64,000 nucleotides of DNA from an uncultured Bacteroidales bacterium (GTDB lineage: Bacteria; Bacteroidota; Bacteroidia; Bacteroidales; JAADJA01): NCBI GenBank assembly GCA_963749345.1, contig CAVVMO010000001.1, positions 883,336 through 947,335 on the forward strand, in the 5' to 3' direction. This document shows, in pieces, positions 30,488 to 40,262 of this stretch; positions within the stretch are counted from its first letter, which is position 1; the number at the start of each line of letters is the position of its first letter. The translations under genes and the position numbers were made by a program. The notes below the pieces were generated by a model that saw only the letters and a program-made list of their open reading frames with translations, had not been told where the DNA came from and made no database searches.

Positions 30488-30565
30488 ATGCCTGATATCC
30501 TGCGATAATAAGAGAACATTAGGGATCAATCAATATTTTTTTTAACTAAAAATTTATATATCAAA

Positions 30566-30976
30566 ATGAAAAGAAAAGCAACAGCCATATGGCAGGGAAC
30601 AGGAAAGGAAGGCAAAGGCCACCTTTCGACACAAAGTGGTGTTTTAAGCAAAACCCAGTATTCATTCACTTCACGTTTTGAAGAAGGGATAGGAACCAAT
30701 CCAGAAGAATTGGTAGCAGCAGCTCATGCAGGCTGTTTTACCATGAAACTGAGTTTCAACCTGACAGCAGCAGGGTTTACTCCGGACAACCTTGAAACTG
30801 CCTGCGCCATTAACTTTGAAAATGGAGCCATCATCAATTCACATTTGGATTTAAAAGCGAAAGTAAAAGGGATTGACAAAGCTAAATTTGATGAATTAGT
30901 GAAAGATGCTGAACAGAACTGCCCTATTTCAAAACTATTGAATACGAGTATTACGGTTTCGGCACAGCTAAATTAA
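30566..30976 (+). CDS. osmC: OsmC-family peroxiredoxin
   Basis: GTNPEELVAAAHAGCF and NCPISK. Confidence 0.93.
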   Translation: MKRKATAIWQGTGKEGKGHLSTQSGVLSKTQYSFTSRFEEGIGTNPEELVAAAHAGCFTMKLSFNLTAAGFTPDNLETACAINFENGAIINSHLDLKAKVKGIDKAKFDELVKDAEQNCPISKLLNTSITVSAQLN

Positions 30977-30993
30977 CATGAGATTTTACTGGA

Positions 30994-31033
30994 TTCCTGC
31001 CTGCTCGTCCAGTCAGGCGGGCTTTTGCAGGAA
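30994..31033. terminator. Hairpin between convergent genes, probable bidirectional terminator
   Basis: ttcctgc...gcaggaa outer stem with internal gcctg/caggc pairing. Confidence 0.45.
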
Positions 31034-31139
31034 TGTTTTCGGAGTATATATTTCATACCTAAAATGCGGGAATAATACTTCATAGAAAATTAAGTTTCCT
31101 TAATTTTTGAAGCAAGCGATATTCCCCTGACGGTATTCC

Positions 31140-31592
31140 CTACTTTATCTGAAAGGGATTTGAAACTACCCTAAGAGAAGAATCTGGAAGCAGTGAAATG
31201 TCGACTTGTAGAATAAATGTACCCGTTGAGTTGAACATTTCTGCTGGTAATGAATTTGTGAAGATTGCTCCGGCTTTGATTGTATTCAATAACGTGGGAC
31301 ACTTCAGAGACATATATGGAAGCCAGAGATTGTCACTCCAATTCTGAATTTCTTTCTTCTTATAGGACATCTCCAGGTAATTGCTGCATCTGAGTCCCAC
31401 AGAAATTTCATGAGCCGAACCATTTTCCAGAAGCAGCCTGATGGTATCTGACTTTGTGTATGATTCCCTGTCGGTTGATAAGATAATCTGACCCTGAATA
31501 TGTGAAGTATCCTGAATTTCATTCTCGCATGTGGAAAGAAATGAAATTATTATAAGTAAACCTAAAATTTTGAACAGATTTAATGTTATCAT
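31140..31592 (-). CDS. Hypothetical lipoprotein
   Basis: Lipobox-like FLSTC; 150 aa; beta-rich. Confidence 0.6.
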   Translation of the reverse strand: MITLNLFKILGLLIIISFLSTCENEIQDTSHIQGQIILSTDRESYTKSDTIRLLLENGSAHEISVGLRCSNYLEMSYKKKEIQNWSDNLWLPYMSLKCPTLLNTIKAGAIFTNSLPAEMFNSTGTFILQVDISLLPDSSLRVVSNPFQIK

Positions 31593-31689
31593 GTTGTTTT
31601 TTTTAATGCCTCTAAATTAATTAAAAAAAGGCTTCGAAATTGCTTTTGTCCACAATAAAATTTCCATATTCATTTTGTATTCATCAAAC

Positions 31690-33633
31690 TTATTCCACCA
31701 CTTTAAACTCAGTCCTCCGGTTATTGGCCCTGCCCGCTTCAGTTTCATTGGTATCGACAGGCTGGATTTCACCATATCCTTTAAAGCTTAAACGGTCAGC
31801 AGCAATTCCGTTTTCTGTAAGGTAGGTAATTACTGATTTTGCCCTGTTTTCCGAAAGGGTTATATTGTACTCGTGCTTACCCACATTGTCTGTATGACCG
31901 CCGATCTCGATCTTAACTGAAGGATTTTTTTCAAGAAGATCGATAAGTTTATTCAGCTCAACTTTAGAAGTCTCCATTAAATCAAAGCGATCTGTTTCGA
32001 AAAAAACGTTTTTCATTATCACTTTTGCACCAGTTTCAATAGGTTCAAGAGGTACATCCTTAAGAACAGGATCAGTGGATGGGTTTTCTTCAGAAAGATT
32101 AAAATTTTCAGAATAAAATAAATATCCGTCTTTTGAAACCGTAAGTGCATAGTCATTATTCGCCGGGAGGCAAACAAGGAATTCACCCGTAGTTTTATTT
32201 GAAAAAGATTCGATAGCTACCAGGCCGGTTTTAAGGTTAGTAAGTTCAAATCGGGCATCAAGTTTTTTACCTGAATTCCTGTCGAAGACTGTACCCTTCA
32301 TATAAGTTACAACCTGTGGGCGGGCTTCTTTATACAGATTAAAAGAATACAAATCAAGCCCGCCAAAGCCATCTTTCCGGTCGGAAGCAAACATAGCCAA
32401 TTCTCCACCGGCACTGATGAGGATACTGTTATCGTCCTTAAATGAATTAATCGGATAACCAAGGTTTACAGGTGGTCCCCATTGTCCGACACTATCCTTT
32501 CTTGACATAAAAATATCCAGGCCACCCATTCCCACATGACCATCTGACGAAAAGTACAAAGTTTGATTATCGGGATGGATAAACACCGATCCTTCATAAC
32601 CATTCGTATTAATATTTGGTCCGAGCTTCACTGGTTCAGACCATACTCCTTTATTATTCACACTTGAATACCAGATATCATAATCGTTATTCCGGTTGCT
32701 GACAAAATACAAGGTTCTGCCATCAGATGAAATAGAAGGCTGCGATTCCCAGGCACGTGAACTAATTGGAGCTCCAAGGTTATAGGGCTCCAACCAGTCA
32801 TTTCCGGACTTCTTTGAAACAAACAAATCGCACCTGCCATATCCTTTACGGCCGACACCATATCCTTCTAAACTTTCACAAGCAGTAAAAATGAGAATAT
32901 TACCATCTGCTGAAAGGGTTGGCGCACCTTCATTGTATAAGGTATTAATTGGCGGTCCAAGTTCTGAGACGGGCTGCCATCCACCTTTGTAATAACTGAC
33001 AAAGAAATCTTCCTGGCGCCCCGTTATTGACTTGGTATCCTTCAAAAGCCTTGTAAACAAAAGGGTTTGATTGTCAGCGGTAAGACAGGGAAAATATTCA
33101 TTAAACTCCGTATTCACATTTTGTCCCAGGTTAACTGGAGCAAAGGGTACAGGATTCTGCATTGCTTTTATAGCAAACTCGCAGTTGGCCAGGTGCTTTT
33201 CAGCTTTGATCTGAGATGCGCCATGAGTTCCTTCATAACTAAGGTATTTCTGGTAATGAATCACAGCATCCTGGTACCAGCCATTGTTGTACTCAATGTC
33301 CGCAAGTATTTGAAAGGCTGCAGGAAAACGATCAGGATCAAGTTCGACAGCTTTTTTATAAACCACAACTGCAGCAGAATCGTTTTTTTCCTGTTCACAA
33401 ATTTCGCCCATCAGCATGTAAGCCTCATAAAAATCAGGATCTTCATCAATGGCTTGCTGAAAATTGAGTTTTGCTTCGGCTAATTTTTGCTGTTGCAACA
33501 ATTGTTCACCAGCCTCATAATAATGTTTTGCCTTTTTTGATTTTGTTGAAAGTTCTTCCTGTGAGCGGAGAATTAAAGGATACAGGATAAGGAATGCAAA
33601 AAATAAAATAACCGCTTGAATTTTTAATGGCAT
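31690..33633 (-). CDS. OmpA-family protein with TPR and PD40 repeats (PorE-like, T9SS-associated)
   Basis: TPRs; PD40 repeats (INTLYNEGAPTLSADG, ESQPSISSDG, IHPDNQTLYFSSDGH); C-terminal GHTDNVG...N..LSENRA...NRRTEF. Confidence 0.88.
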   Translation of the reverse strand: MPLKIQAVILFFAFLILYPLILRSQEELSTKSKKAKHYYEAGEQLLQQQKLAEAKLNFQQAIDEDPDFYEAYMLMGEICEQEKNDSAAVVVYKKAVELDPDRFPAAFQILADIEYNNGWYQDAVIHYQKYLSYEGTHGASQIKAEKHLANCEFAIKAMQNPVPFAPVNLGQNVNTEFNEYFPCLTADNQTLLFTRLLKDTKSITGRQEDFFVSYYKGGWQPVSELGPPINTLYNEGAPTLSADGNILIFTACESLEGYGVGRKGYGRCDLFVSKKSGNDWLEPYNLGAPISSRAWESQPSISSDGRTLYFVSNRNNDYDIWYSSVNNKGVWSEPVKLGPNINTNGYEGSVFIHPDNQTLYFSSDGHVGMGGLDIFMSRKDSVGQWGPPVNLGYPINSFKDDNSILISAGGELAMFASDRKDGFGGLDLYSFNLYKEARPQVVTYMKGTVFDRNSGKKLDARFELTNLKTGLVAIESFSNKTTGEFLVCLPANNDYALTVSKDGYLFYSENFNLSEENPSTDPVLKDVPLEPIETGAKVIMKNVFFETDRFDLMETSKVELNKLIDLLEKNPSVKIEIGGHTDNVGKHEYNITLSENRAKSVITYLTENGIAADRLSFKGYGEIQPVDTNETEAGRANNRRTEFKVVE

Positions 33634-33667
33634 ATAGTTGGATATTTGAAACTTGAAATTTGCCCTT

Positions 33668-33703
33668 CAACTTTAAACTTTGAACTTTCAACTTTGAACT
33701 TTC
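33668..33703. repeat. Heptamer tandem repeat (NAACTTT)x5
   Basis: caacttt aaacttt gaacttt caacttt gaacttt c, between queE and the OmpA gene. Confidence 0.85.
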
Positions 33704-34330
33704 TTAAGGTATCCTCATGTATTTGTGACTTTGCAAAGATATTCTCCACTTTGGATTAGCTTTTACGTATTCAATAACCGGTTCCATAATGATATCCCTT
33801 ACACTCCATTCAGGTTGCAAAAACAAAACGCAATCCGTCCTTAACCTGCCCGTATTTTTTTCAGCCCATTCAAAATCCCCTTCCGACTGAATGATAACTT
33901 TATACTCGTCTGCTTTGGTATAAATTTCTGGTAATGGCGGGCTAAATTTCTTTGGGGAAAGGCAAATCCAATCCCACTTACCCGTTAAAGGATGTGAACC
34001 TGATGTTTCCAGAAAAATCTGAAATCCGTTTTTCTTTAGTTCAGCGCATAAGTAATCCAGGTTATACATGAGTGGCTCTCCGCCGGTAATGACAACAGAT
34101 TTCGCCGGGCAATCCAAAACTCGTCTAACAATTTCATCAGATTCTGTCAAGGGCCATAGGGATGCATTCCATGATTCCTTTACATCACACCAGCTGCAGC
34201 CTACATCACAGCCACCAATCCGCAAAAAGTAGGATGCTTTGCCGGTTTGAAATCCTTCGCCCTGCAGTGTATAAAAGTCTTCCATCAGTGGAAGAGCTAA
34301 ACCTTTTTCTAATCGCTCATTCTGCATCAT
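33704..34330 (-). CDS. queE: 7-carboxy-7-deazaguanine synthase (radical SAM)
   Basis: FYTLQGEG, CDVGCSWCD (CxxxCxxC), ITGGEP, SLQSHK. Confidence 0.93.
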   Translation of the reverse strand: MMQNERLEKGLALPLMEDFYTLQGEGFQTGKASYFLRIGGCDVGCSWCDVKESWNASLWPLTESDEIVRRVLDCPAKSVVITGGEPLMYNLDYLCAELKKNGFQIFLETSGSHPLTGKWDWICLSPKKFSPPLPEIYTKADEYKVIIQSEGDFEWAEKNTGRLRTDCVLFLQPEWSVRDIIMEPVIEYVKANPKWRISLQSHKYMRIP

Positions 34331-35250
34331 TTACTGATAAGCTTAAACACGCTTTGGAAATTTAATTCAAATACCTGCTGGGAAAAAGATTTTGTTTGTT
34401 CAGTCGAAAAAATGATTGTTTCATCATTCAGCCAGGCAATACCTTCTGTCTGCGAGTCTTTCATTTTATTGAGATTAAAACGGTAAACCCGGTCACTCTC
34501 AAATTTTCTTCCATTAAAATTGCTGAAATAAAAGATAAAAGGTAAACGATCTTTGTATCCGATTAACACCAGCCTTTTCGAATCCTTATTATAATCTGCT
34601 CCGGTAACAAGGCCATCCGCATCAAAGGTATCGAGCGGGTCAAGTTGATATTGACCGGGAATCTTAGGCATTTTATACATTCTTGTTTTTCCATCCGCCC
34701 AGTTCTTCGAAAAAATAATCAGGGAGTCGCCAAAGGAAATCAATGATTCACAATCAAAATTGTGATTCCGGTTATTTTCTTCAAATATTAGCTGGTCATT
34801 ATAGGTGAATCCTATTATCTCTGCATTAACAGCTGCTTTCTTCTTGCTGTTTATATCACTTTTTGCAACTTTATAAACTTTCAGATCGGTTCGGTTGCCA
34901 CTGTTATTTCCAAAATCACCGATATAAATAAATTTTTCATCCTGTGTGATATCTTCCCAATCCCTGTTTGAACCATTCAGTATGATCACTTTTTGAATGA
35001 CGGTTCCGGTTGTTTTGTCGATTTTATAGATTTCCGGTTCTCCCCCGCTGTCATTGATTGTCCAAACACTCCCATCAGAATATATGATACCGGAGGTTTC
35101 TTTCATATCTTCTTCCAGATCACAATATTTAGCAGGTATGGCCGGGAACTCGACGATCGTATACAGTTCTGTTGTCTGCTGTGAATAAAGAAAATTAGAA
35201 GTATAAGAAATGAGCAGAAATACCAGAAAGCTCTTTTGGAATAATTTCAT
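34327..35250 (-). CDS. Conserved hypothetical secreted protein, probable beta-propeller
   Basis: Signal peptide; ETSGI...NDSGG, DWEDIT, GDFGNN, QTEGI. Confidence 0.7.
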   Translation of the reverse strand: MKLFQKSFLVFLLISYTSNFLYSQQTTELYTIVEFPAIPAKYCDLEEDMKETSGIIYSDGSVWTINDSGGEPEIYKIDKTTGTVIQKVIILNGSNRDWEDITQDEKFIYIGDFGNNSGNRTDLKVYKVAKSDINSKKKAAVNAEIIGFTYNDQLIFEENNRNHNFDCESLISFGDSLIIFSKNWADGKTRMYKMPKIPGQYQLDPLDTFDADGLVTGADYNKDSKRLVLIGYKDRLPFIFYFSNFNGRKFESDRVYRFNLNKMKDSQTEGIAWLNDETIIFSTEQTKSFSQQVFELNFQSVFKLISK

Positions 35251-35295
35251 TTTTGATTTTAAGATAAAATACCTAAATTTCTATACTGACATAAA

Positions 35296-36177
35296 TCATG
35301 AATAAATCTCTTTCTTGTAGGCCTTCAAAGTATTCATCAGTAGCGCGGCAATAGTCATTGGCCCAACTCCTCCGGGAACCGGAGTTATGAAAGAGGCTTT
35401 TTTTGATACCTCATCGAATTTCACATCACCTATTAGCTTGTAACCTGATTTTGATGATTCAGAAGGAATCCTGTGAATACCCACATCAATCACCACTGCA
35501 CCCTCCTTTACCATATCTTTTGTAACAAATTCGGGCTGTCCCATCGCAACGATAAGTATATCGGCATTTTTAGAAATTTCTTTAAGGTTGGGTGTCCGGC
35601 TGTGGCAAACGGTTACAGTTGCATCTCCGGGATAAGCTTTTCTGGATAATAAAATACTCACCGGTGACCCTACGATATGACTTCTGCCAAGCACTACGCA
35701 ATTTTTTCCGGAAGTTTCGATTTTGTAGCGCTCGATGAGTTGTATGATTCCGAGAGGGGTTGCAGGAATATAAGCCGGTAGGTTTAATGCCATCCGACCG
35801 AAATTTTCAGGATGAAAACCATCAATGTCTTTAGCCGGATTTATTCGACAGATCATCTTTTTTTCATCAATGTGCTTTGGCAAAGGCAATTGAACGATAA
35901 ATCCACTGATGTGATCATCATTGTTAAGGTAATCGATGACTTCAAGCAATTCTTTTTCCGAAACCGATTCCGGAAGTTTATACAAGGATGAAATAATACC
36001 GACCTCCTTGCAGGCTTTCTCCTTGCCGCTGACATAAGTCTGGCTGGCAGAATCATCGCCGACAAGAACGGCTGCCAAATGCGGCCCATCATTCCCCCCA
36101 TCAATAATTGCAGCTACCTCAGCAGCAATTTCTACTTTAATTTGCCTGGCTATTTCTTTACCATCTATAATTTTCAT
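35296..36177 (-). CDS. folD: Methylenetetrahydrofolate dehydrogenase/cyclohydrolase
   Basis: VQLPLP, KDIDGFHP, GRSHIVG, VIDVGI, TPVPGGVGPMT. Confidence 0.97.
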   Translation of the reverse strand: MKIIDGKEIARQIKVEIAAEVAAIIDGGNDGPHLAAVLVGDDSASQTYVSGKEKACKEVGIISSLYKLPESVSEKELLEVIDYLNNDDHISGFIVQLPLPKHIDEKKMICRINPAKDIDGFHPENFGRMALNLPAYIPATPLGIIQLIERYKIETSGKNCVVLGRSHIVGSPVSILLSRKAYPGDATVTVCHSRTPNLKEISKNADILIVAMGQPEFVTKDMVKEGAVVIDVGIHRIPSESSKSGYKLIGDVKFDEVSKKASFITPVPGGVGPMTIAALLMNTLKAYKKEIYS

Positions 36178-36240
36178 GACAAGCTATTCAAGTTTTATTT
36201 TCCCTTCAACAATTCAGCATTTCAACAATTTAGCAATTCA

Positions 36241-37584
36241 CTACCTTCCGGGCATCTTATTCATGTTAGCCATCGCTCTCATCAGGTTTTTCCCTTTCCC
36301 ACCCGACATCATCTTCATCATTTTCTGGGTTTCTTCAAATTGCTTGATCAACTGGTTTACTTCCTGGATATCAGAGCCACTTCCCCTGGCTATTCTCTTT
36401 CGGCGACTTCCATTCATAACTTTTGGATCTTCCCGTTCTTCGGGCGTCATAGAATGAATAATTGCCTCAATTCCTTTAAAGGCATCGTCGTCGATATCCA
36501 TATTTTTAATGGCTTTTCCAACGCCGGGAATCATACCCATCAGGTCCTTCACATTACCCATTTTCTTGATTTGTTTTATCTGGTTCAGAAAGTCGTTAAA
36601 GTTGAACTGGTTCCGGGCTATTTTTTTTTGGATCTTCCGGGCATCTTCCACATCAAATTGCTCCTGGGCGCGTTCTACCAGTGAAACAATGTCACCCATC
36701 CCAAGAATTCTATCAGCCATCCGGCTTGGATGAAAGACATCAATAGCATCCATTTTCTCACCAATTCCAACAAACTTGATTGGTTTATCGACTACAGCAC
36801 GGATGGTTAAGGCTGCTCCACCCCGGGTATCACCATCAAGTTTGGTTAAGACGACCCCGTCATAATTCAGCCGGTCATTGAAAGCTTTAGCTGTATTCAC
36901 TGCATCCTGGCCGGTCATGGAATCGACCACAAACAATATTTCCTGGGGATTAACAGCATGTTTGATATTGGCAATTTCATCCATCATATCCTCATCAATG
37001 GCAAGACGGCCGGCAGTATCAATGATAATAAGGTTATACCCATACTCTTTCGCATGAACAACGGCATTTTTAGCTATTTTTACCGGGCTCTTATTCTCTT
37101 CTTCGCTATAAACTTTAACTGCTACTTGTTCTCCCAGGACTTTCAACTGGTTGATAGCGGCCGGGCGATAAATGTCGCAAGCTACCAGCAATGGGTTTCT
37201 GCCTTTTTTCGATTTCAGGTAATTGGCAAGCTTTGCAGAAAAAGTAGTTTTTCCCGAACCCTGCAAACCGGCGATAAGAATAATTGCAGGATTTCCTTTA
37301 ATGTTAATCTCCGACGATTGCGAGCCCATGAGTTCAGCAAGCTCATCATGAACGATTTTAACCATGAGCTGACCTGGTGACACTGAGGTTAAAATCTTTT
37401 GGCCAATAGCCTTATCTTTAACTGTATCGGTAAATTGCTTTGCAATTTTAAAATTAACGTCAGCATCCAATAATGCTTTCCTAACTTCTTTCAGGGTTTC
37501 CGCTACATTGATCTCAGTGATATGTCCATGCCCCTTAAGTATCTTAAATGATCGTTCTAGTTTATCTGAAAGTCCTTCAAACAT
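36241..37584 (-). CDS. ffh: Signal recognition particle protein
   Basis: GLQGSGKTT, DTAGR, TKLDGD.RGGAAL, Met-rich M-domain. Confidence 0.98.
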   Translation of the reverse strand: MFEGLSDKLERSFKILKGHGHITEINVAETLKEVRKALLDADVNFKIAKQFTDTVKDKAIGQKILTSVSPGQLMVKIVHDELAELMGSQSSEINIKGNPAIILIAGLQGSGKTTFSAKLANYLKSKKGRNPLLVACDIYRPAAINQLKVLGEQVAVKVYSEEENKSPVKIAKNAVVHAKEYGYNLIIIDTAGRLAIDEDMMDEIANIKHAVNPQEILFVVDSMTGQDAVNTAKAFNDRLNYDGVVLTKLDGDTRGGAALTIRAVVDKPIKFVGIGEKMDAIDVFHPSRMADRILGMGDIVSLVERAQEQFDVEDARKIQKKIARNQFNFNDFLNQIKQIKKMGNVKDLMGMIPGVGKAIKNMDIDDDAFKGIEAIIHSMTPEEREDPKVMNGSRRKRIARGSGSDIQEVNQLIKQFEETQKMMKMMSGGKGKNLMRAMANMNKMPGR

Positions 37585-37867
37585 GTTCTTATTTTTTTGA
37601 AGGCGTAAAATTAATTAAAATATGGCTGAACCTATGACAGTTGAAAATGATTCATTTCAGCCCCATAAAATTTTCAACCACCCTTAAAATAATAATACAT
37701 AATTAAGGCTTAAATAGAATTTCTTTTCCAAAAACAATTCCTGAAACCAAAATATTTTCCAATTTTGAGAAATTCGTGTTTTCTCAACACCCTCATTATA
37801 TGAATTTTACATAATTGTATAATTATTGAAATAGTCATAAGTGTTATAAAAATGGAGGAAACAAATA

Positions 37868-38095
37868 ATGGAAGCAAAAATGGAAATAAAAAGAGAAACC
37901 AGAAATGATGGAATTGAATTTCAAATTAAAGATGTTTATTGCATCATTAAGAATAAGGAGGATGGTTTTTATTGGGTATTGAACCTCGAGGATCACCCAA
38001 ATTCGTTTCTATTGGACCGTTCCTATCAAAATTTCCTCCGTCCCCAATTCAAAGAAGATCAAGAGTCAATGGTAGTTATCCAACCATCCATTTGA
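37868..38095 (+). CDS. Small hypothetical protein
   Basis: 75-aa ORF with upstream ggagg and a terminator directly downstream. Confidence 0.45.
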   Translation: MEAKMEIKRETRNDGIEFQIKDVYCIIKNKEDGFYWVLNLEDHPNSFLLDRSYQNFLRPQFKEDQESMVVIQPSI

Positions 38096-38122
38096 TTTTT
38101 ATTTCATATTTCTTAATTTGTA

Positions 38123-38150
38123 AAAAAGCCCGGGAAATCCGGGCTTTTTG
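38123..38150 (+). terminator. Rho-independent terminator
   Basis: aaaaaagcccgg-gaaat-ccgggcttttt. Confidence 0.8.
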
Positions 38151-38168
38151 TATTTTAGGGGCTTCAAA

Positions 38169-38630
38169 ATGGATATTTTTAATTCAATAAAAATCATTTC
38201 CGGCGGGCAAACTGGTGTAGATAGGGCAGCACTGGATTTTGCTCTTGAGCAAGGAATAGCTTGTGGTGGTTATTGCCCTAAAGGGCGAAAGGCAGAAGAT
38301 GGAATCCTTTCATATCGCTATCCCCTTATTGAAACAAACAATACTCAGTATCCTGTCAGAACAAGACGAAATATTATGGACAGCGATGGAACAATTATCC
38401 TTCACCCGGATAAGATGGACGCCGGAACGCTGCTGACCCAGAGGCTCTGCAAGGAGGCGCATAAACCACTTTGGATTCAAAATCTAAACTTTCCGATAGA
38501 TAAAAAGGAATTTATTTATTGGTTAGTGCTTAATAAAATACAAGTACTAAATATCGCCGGACCAAGAGAAAGTTTTTCGCCAGGGATTTATATCAAAGCT
38601 AAAAGTTTTATGGAAAATTCATTCTTTTAA
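38169..38630 (+). CDS. SLOG/YpsA-like 'putative molybdenum carrier' protein
   Basis: IISGGQTGVDRAALD, GGYCPKGR.AEDG, RT.RNIMDSDGT, LNIAGPRES. Confidence 0.85.
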   Translation: MDIFNSIKIISGGQTGVDRAALDFALEQGIACGGYCPKGRKAEDGILSYRYPLIETNNTQYPVRTRRNIMDSDGTIILHPDKMDAGTLLTQRLCKEAHKPLWIQNLNFPIDKKEFIYWLVLNKIQVLNIAGPRESFSPGIYIKAKSFMENSFF

Positions 38631-39491
38631 TTTGGCTGCAATTATCCTGTCATATCCATTTAAATCTTTCATGAGGTTTACATCAGCAAGTCCTACCCGG
38701 ATAAATAAATTTACAATCTCTTTACCAAGGTATTGATTGATCTCACAATATATCTTTCCTGATTTATTAAGGCTTTGCCTTGCAAAATCAGCAATGGCTT
38801 TATAAAAAATAAGAGGATTGTCATCATCAACAAATAAGGCTTTTTCGGGTTCAAAGTTTAATACATTCTTCTTCATTAATGCTTTTTCCGAATACCTGAC
38901 ATATGGGGGATTGCTGATGATAATATCCAAGAATCCAAACTTGGGCCATGTACTTTCATTTAAAAAATCAAGACAAAAGAAATTTATTTTTGTATCATTC
39001 AATTCAGCATTGCTTTTAGCTGTTTTTATAGCTTCCTGAGAAATATCGATAGCTATAATTTCAGCTGTGGGTAAATTTTTAGAAACTGCAATGGCAATGC
39101 ATCCTGAACCTGTTCCAATATCAAGAATGCGAAGATTTTTCCGATGTCGGTTTTCCCTGATAACCAATCCGACCAATTCTTCAGTTTCTTGACGGGGAAT
39201 CAGAACATTGGGATTGACTTTTATAGGCAATCCATAAAACTCCGTTTTACCAATAATATATTGGATTGGTTTATGGTTATTCAAATCTTTGACAGCAAAA
39301 TGGATTTTTAGCAGTTCTGATTCACTGACTGTAAGGTGAGGCTCAGAAATTACCCGGGATTTTGTAATACCTGAGTATTCTTCGATCAACATAAAAAGCA
39401 GGGTATCCGCCTCTCTTTCTTCATAGTTATCAAGAAGTTTCAGACGATAATGGTTCCGAATATCTCCAATCTTGTTTGATCTAACTTCCAT
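38619..39491 (-). CDS. prmC: Release factor glutamine methyltransferase
   Basis: PIQYIIG, VLIPRQETEELV, LDIGTGSGCIA, SNPPY. Confidence 0.95.
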   Translation of the reverse strand: MEVRSNKIGDIRNHYRLKLLDNYEEREADTLLFMLIEEYSGITKSRVISEPHLTVSESELLKIHFAVKDLNNHKPIQYIIGKTEFYGLPIKVNPNVLIPRQETEELVGLVIRENRHRKNLRILDIGTGSGCIAIAVSKNLPTAEIIAIDISQEAIKTAKSNAELNDTKINFFCLDFLNESTWPKFGFLDIIISNPPYVRYSEKALMKKNVLNFEPEKALFVDDDNPLIFYKAIADFARQSLNKSGKIYCEINQYLGKEIVNLFIRVGLADVNLMKDLNGYDRIIAAKLKE

Positions 39492-39551
39492 TTTTCGAAA
39501 ATACATAAAAAAATGTATTTTTGATGATGGTAAAATTTAATTTCCGATAGT

Positions 39552-40199
39552 ATGAAAGGAGATATTTTGATTATCGATAATAACCACCGGAAATCAGCCG
39601 ATCAGATTGTGGATTTCATTCTTAAAGATATTCAAAAAACCAACCACAAATTCGTAATTACTGTTGCGGGGGAATCAGGTGCTGGCAAGTCGGAAATCGC
39701 TTTATCTATTGCCGATAAACTAAAAGAATTTGGTATCCAAAGTTATATCTTTGGCCAGGACGACTATTTTAAACTTCCGCCAAAAACCAATGCCAGTCAA
39801 CGGGTAAAAAATATTTCTTGGGTTGGAATGCAAGAAGTTAAACTTGATTTACTGGATCAAAACATATTCGATATCCTGAATGGTAAAACGATGATCACAA
39901 AACCCCTGGTGGATTTCGATGCAGATGAAATTGGAGAAGAAAAAATAAATCTTGCAGAATTCAAAGTACTTATCGCCGAAGGAACGTATACCACAACTTT
40001 GAAAAATGTAAATTGCAGGATTTTTATCGACAGAAATAAAATGGACACCCTTGAATCGAGGAAAAAAAGAGCACGGGAAAAACAGGACGACTTCCTCGAC
40101 AGGGTACTTACCATTGAACATGAAATTATATTAAAGCAAAAAGATTTGGCTGATATTGTTATTTCTAAGGACTGGAATGCTTTGAAAGTAAAAAGATGA
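39552..40199 (+). CDS. P-loop kinase, uridine kinase/PRK-like
   Basis: VAGESGAGKS Walker A, QDDYF, LIAEGTY. Confidence 0.7.
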   Translation: MKGDILIIDNNHRKSADQIVDFILKDIQKTNHKFVITVAGESGAGKSEIALSIADKLKEFGIQSYIFGQDDYFKLPPKTNASQRVKNISWVGMQEVKLDLLDQNIFDILNGKTMITKPLVDFDADEIGEEKINLAEFKVLIAEGTYTTTLKNVNCRIFIDRNKMDTLESRKKRAREKQDDFLDRVLTIEHEIILKQKDLADIVISKDWNALKVKR

Positions 40200-40262
40200 T
40201 GATTCTGATGGAATTGGTTGCATCACTGAAAAAGTTTTTCTGGTTCAATAAGCTTTAAAATT

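Noticed and set aside
36241-37860. SRP RNA (ffs) near ffh
   Set aside because: No conserved SRP domain IV motif was found in the flanking intergenic DNA.
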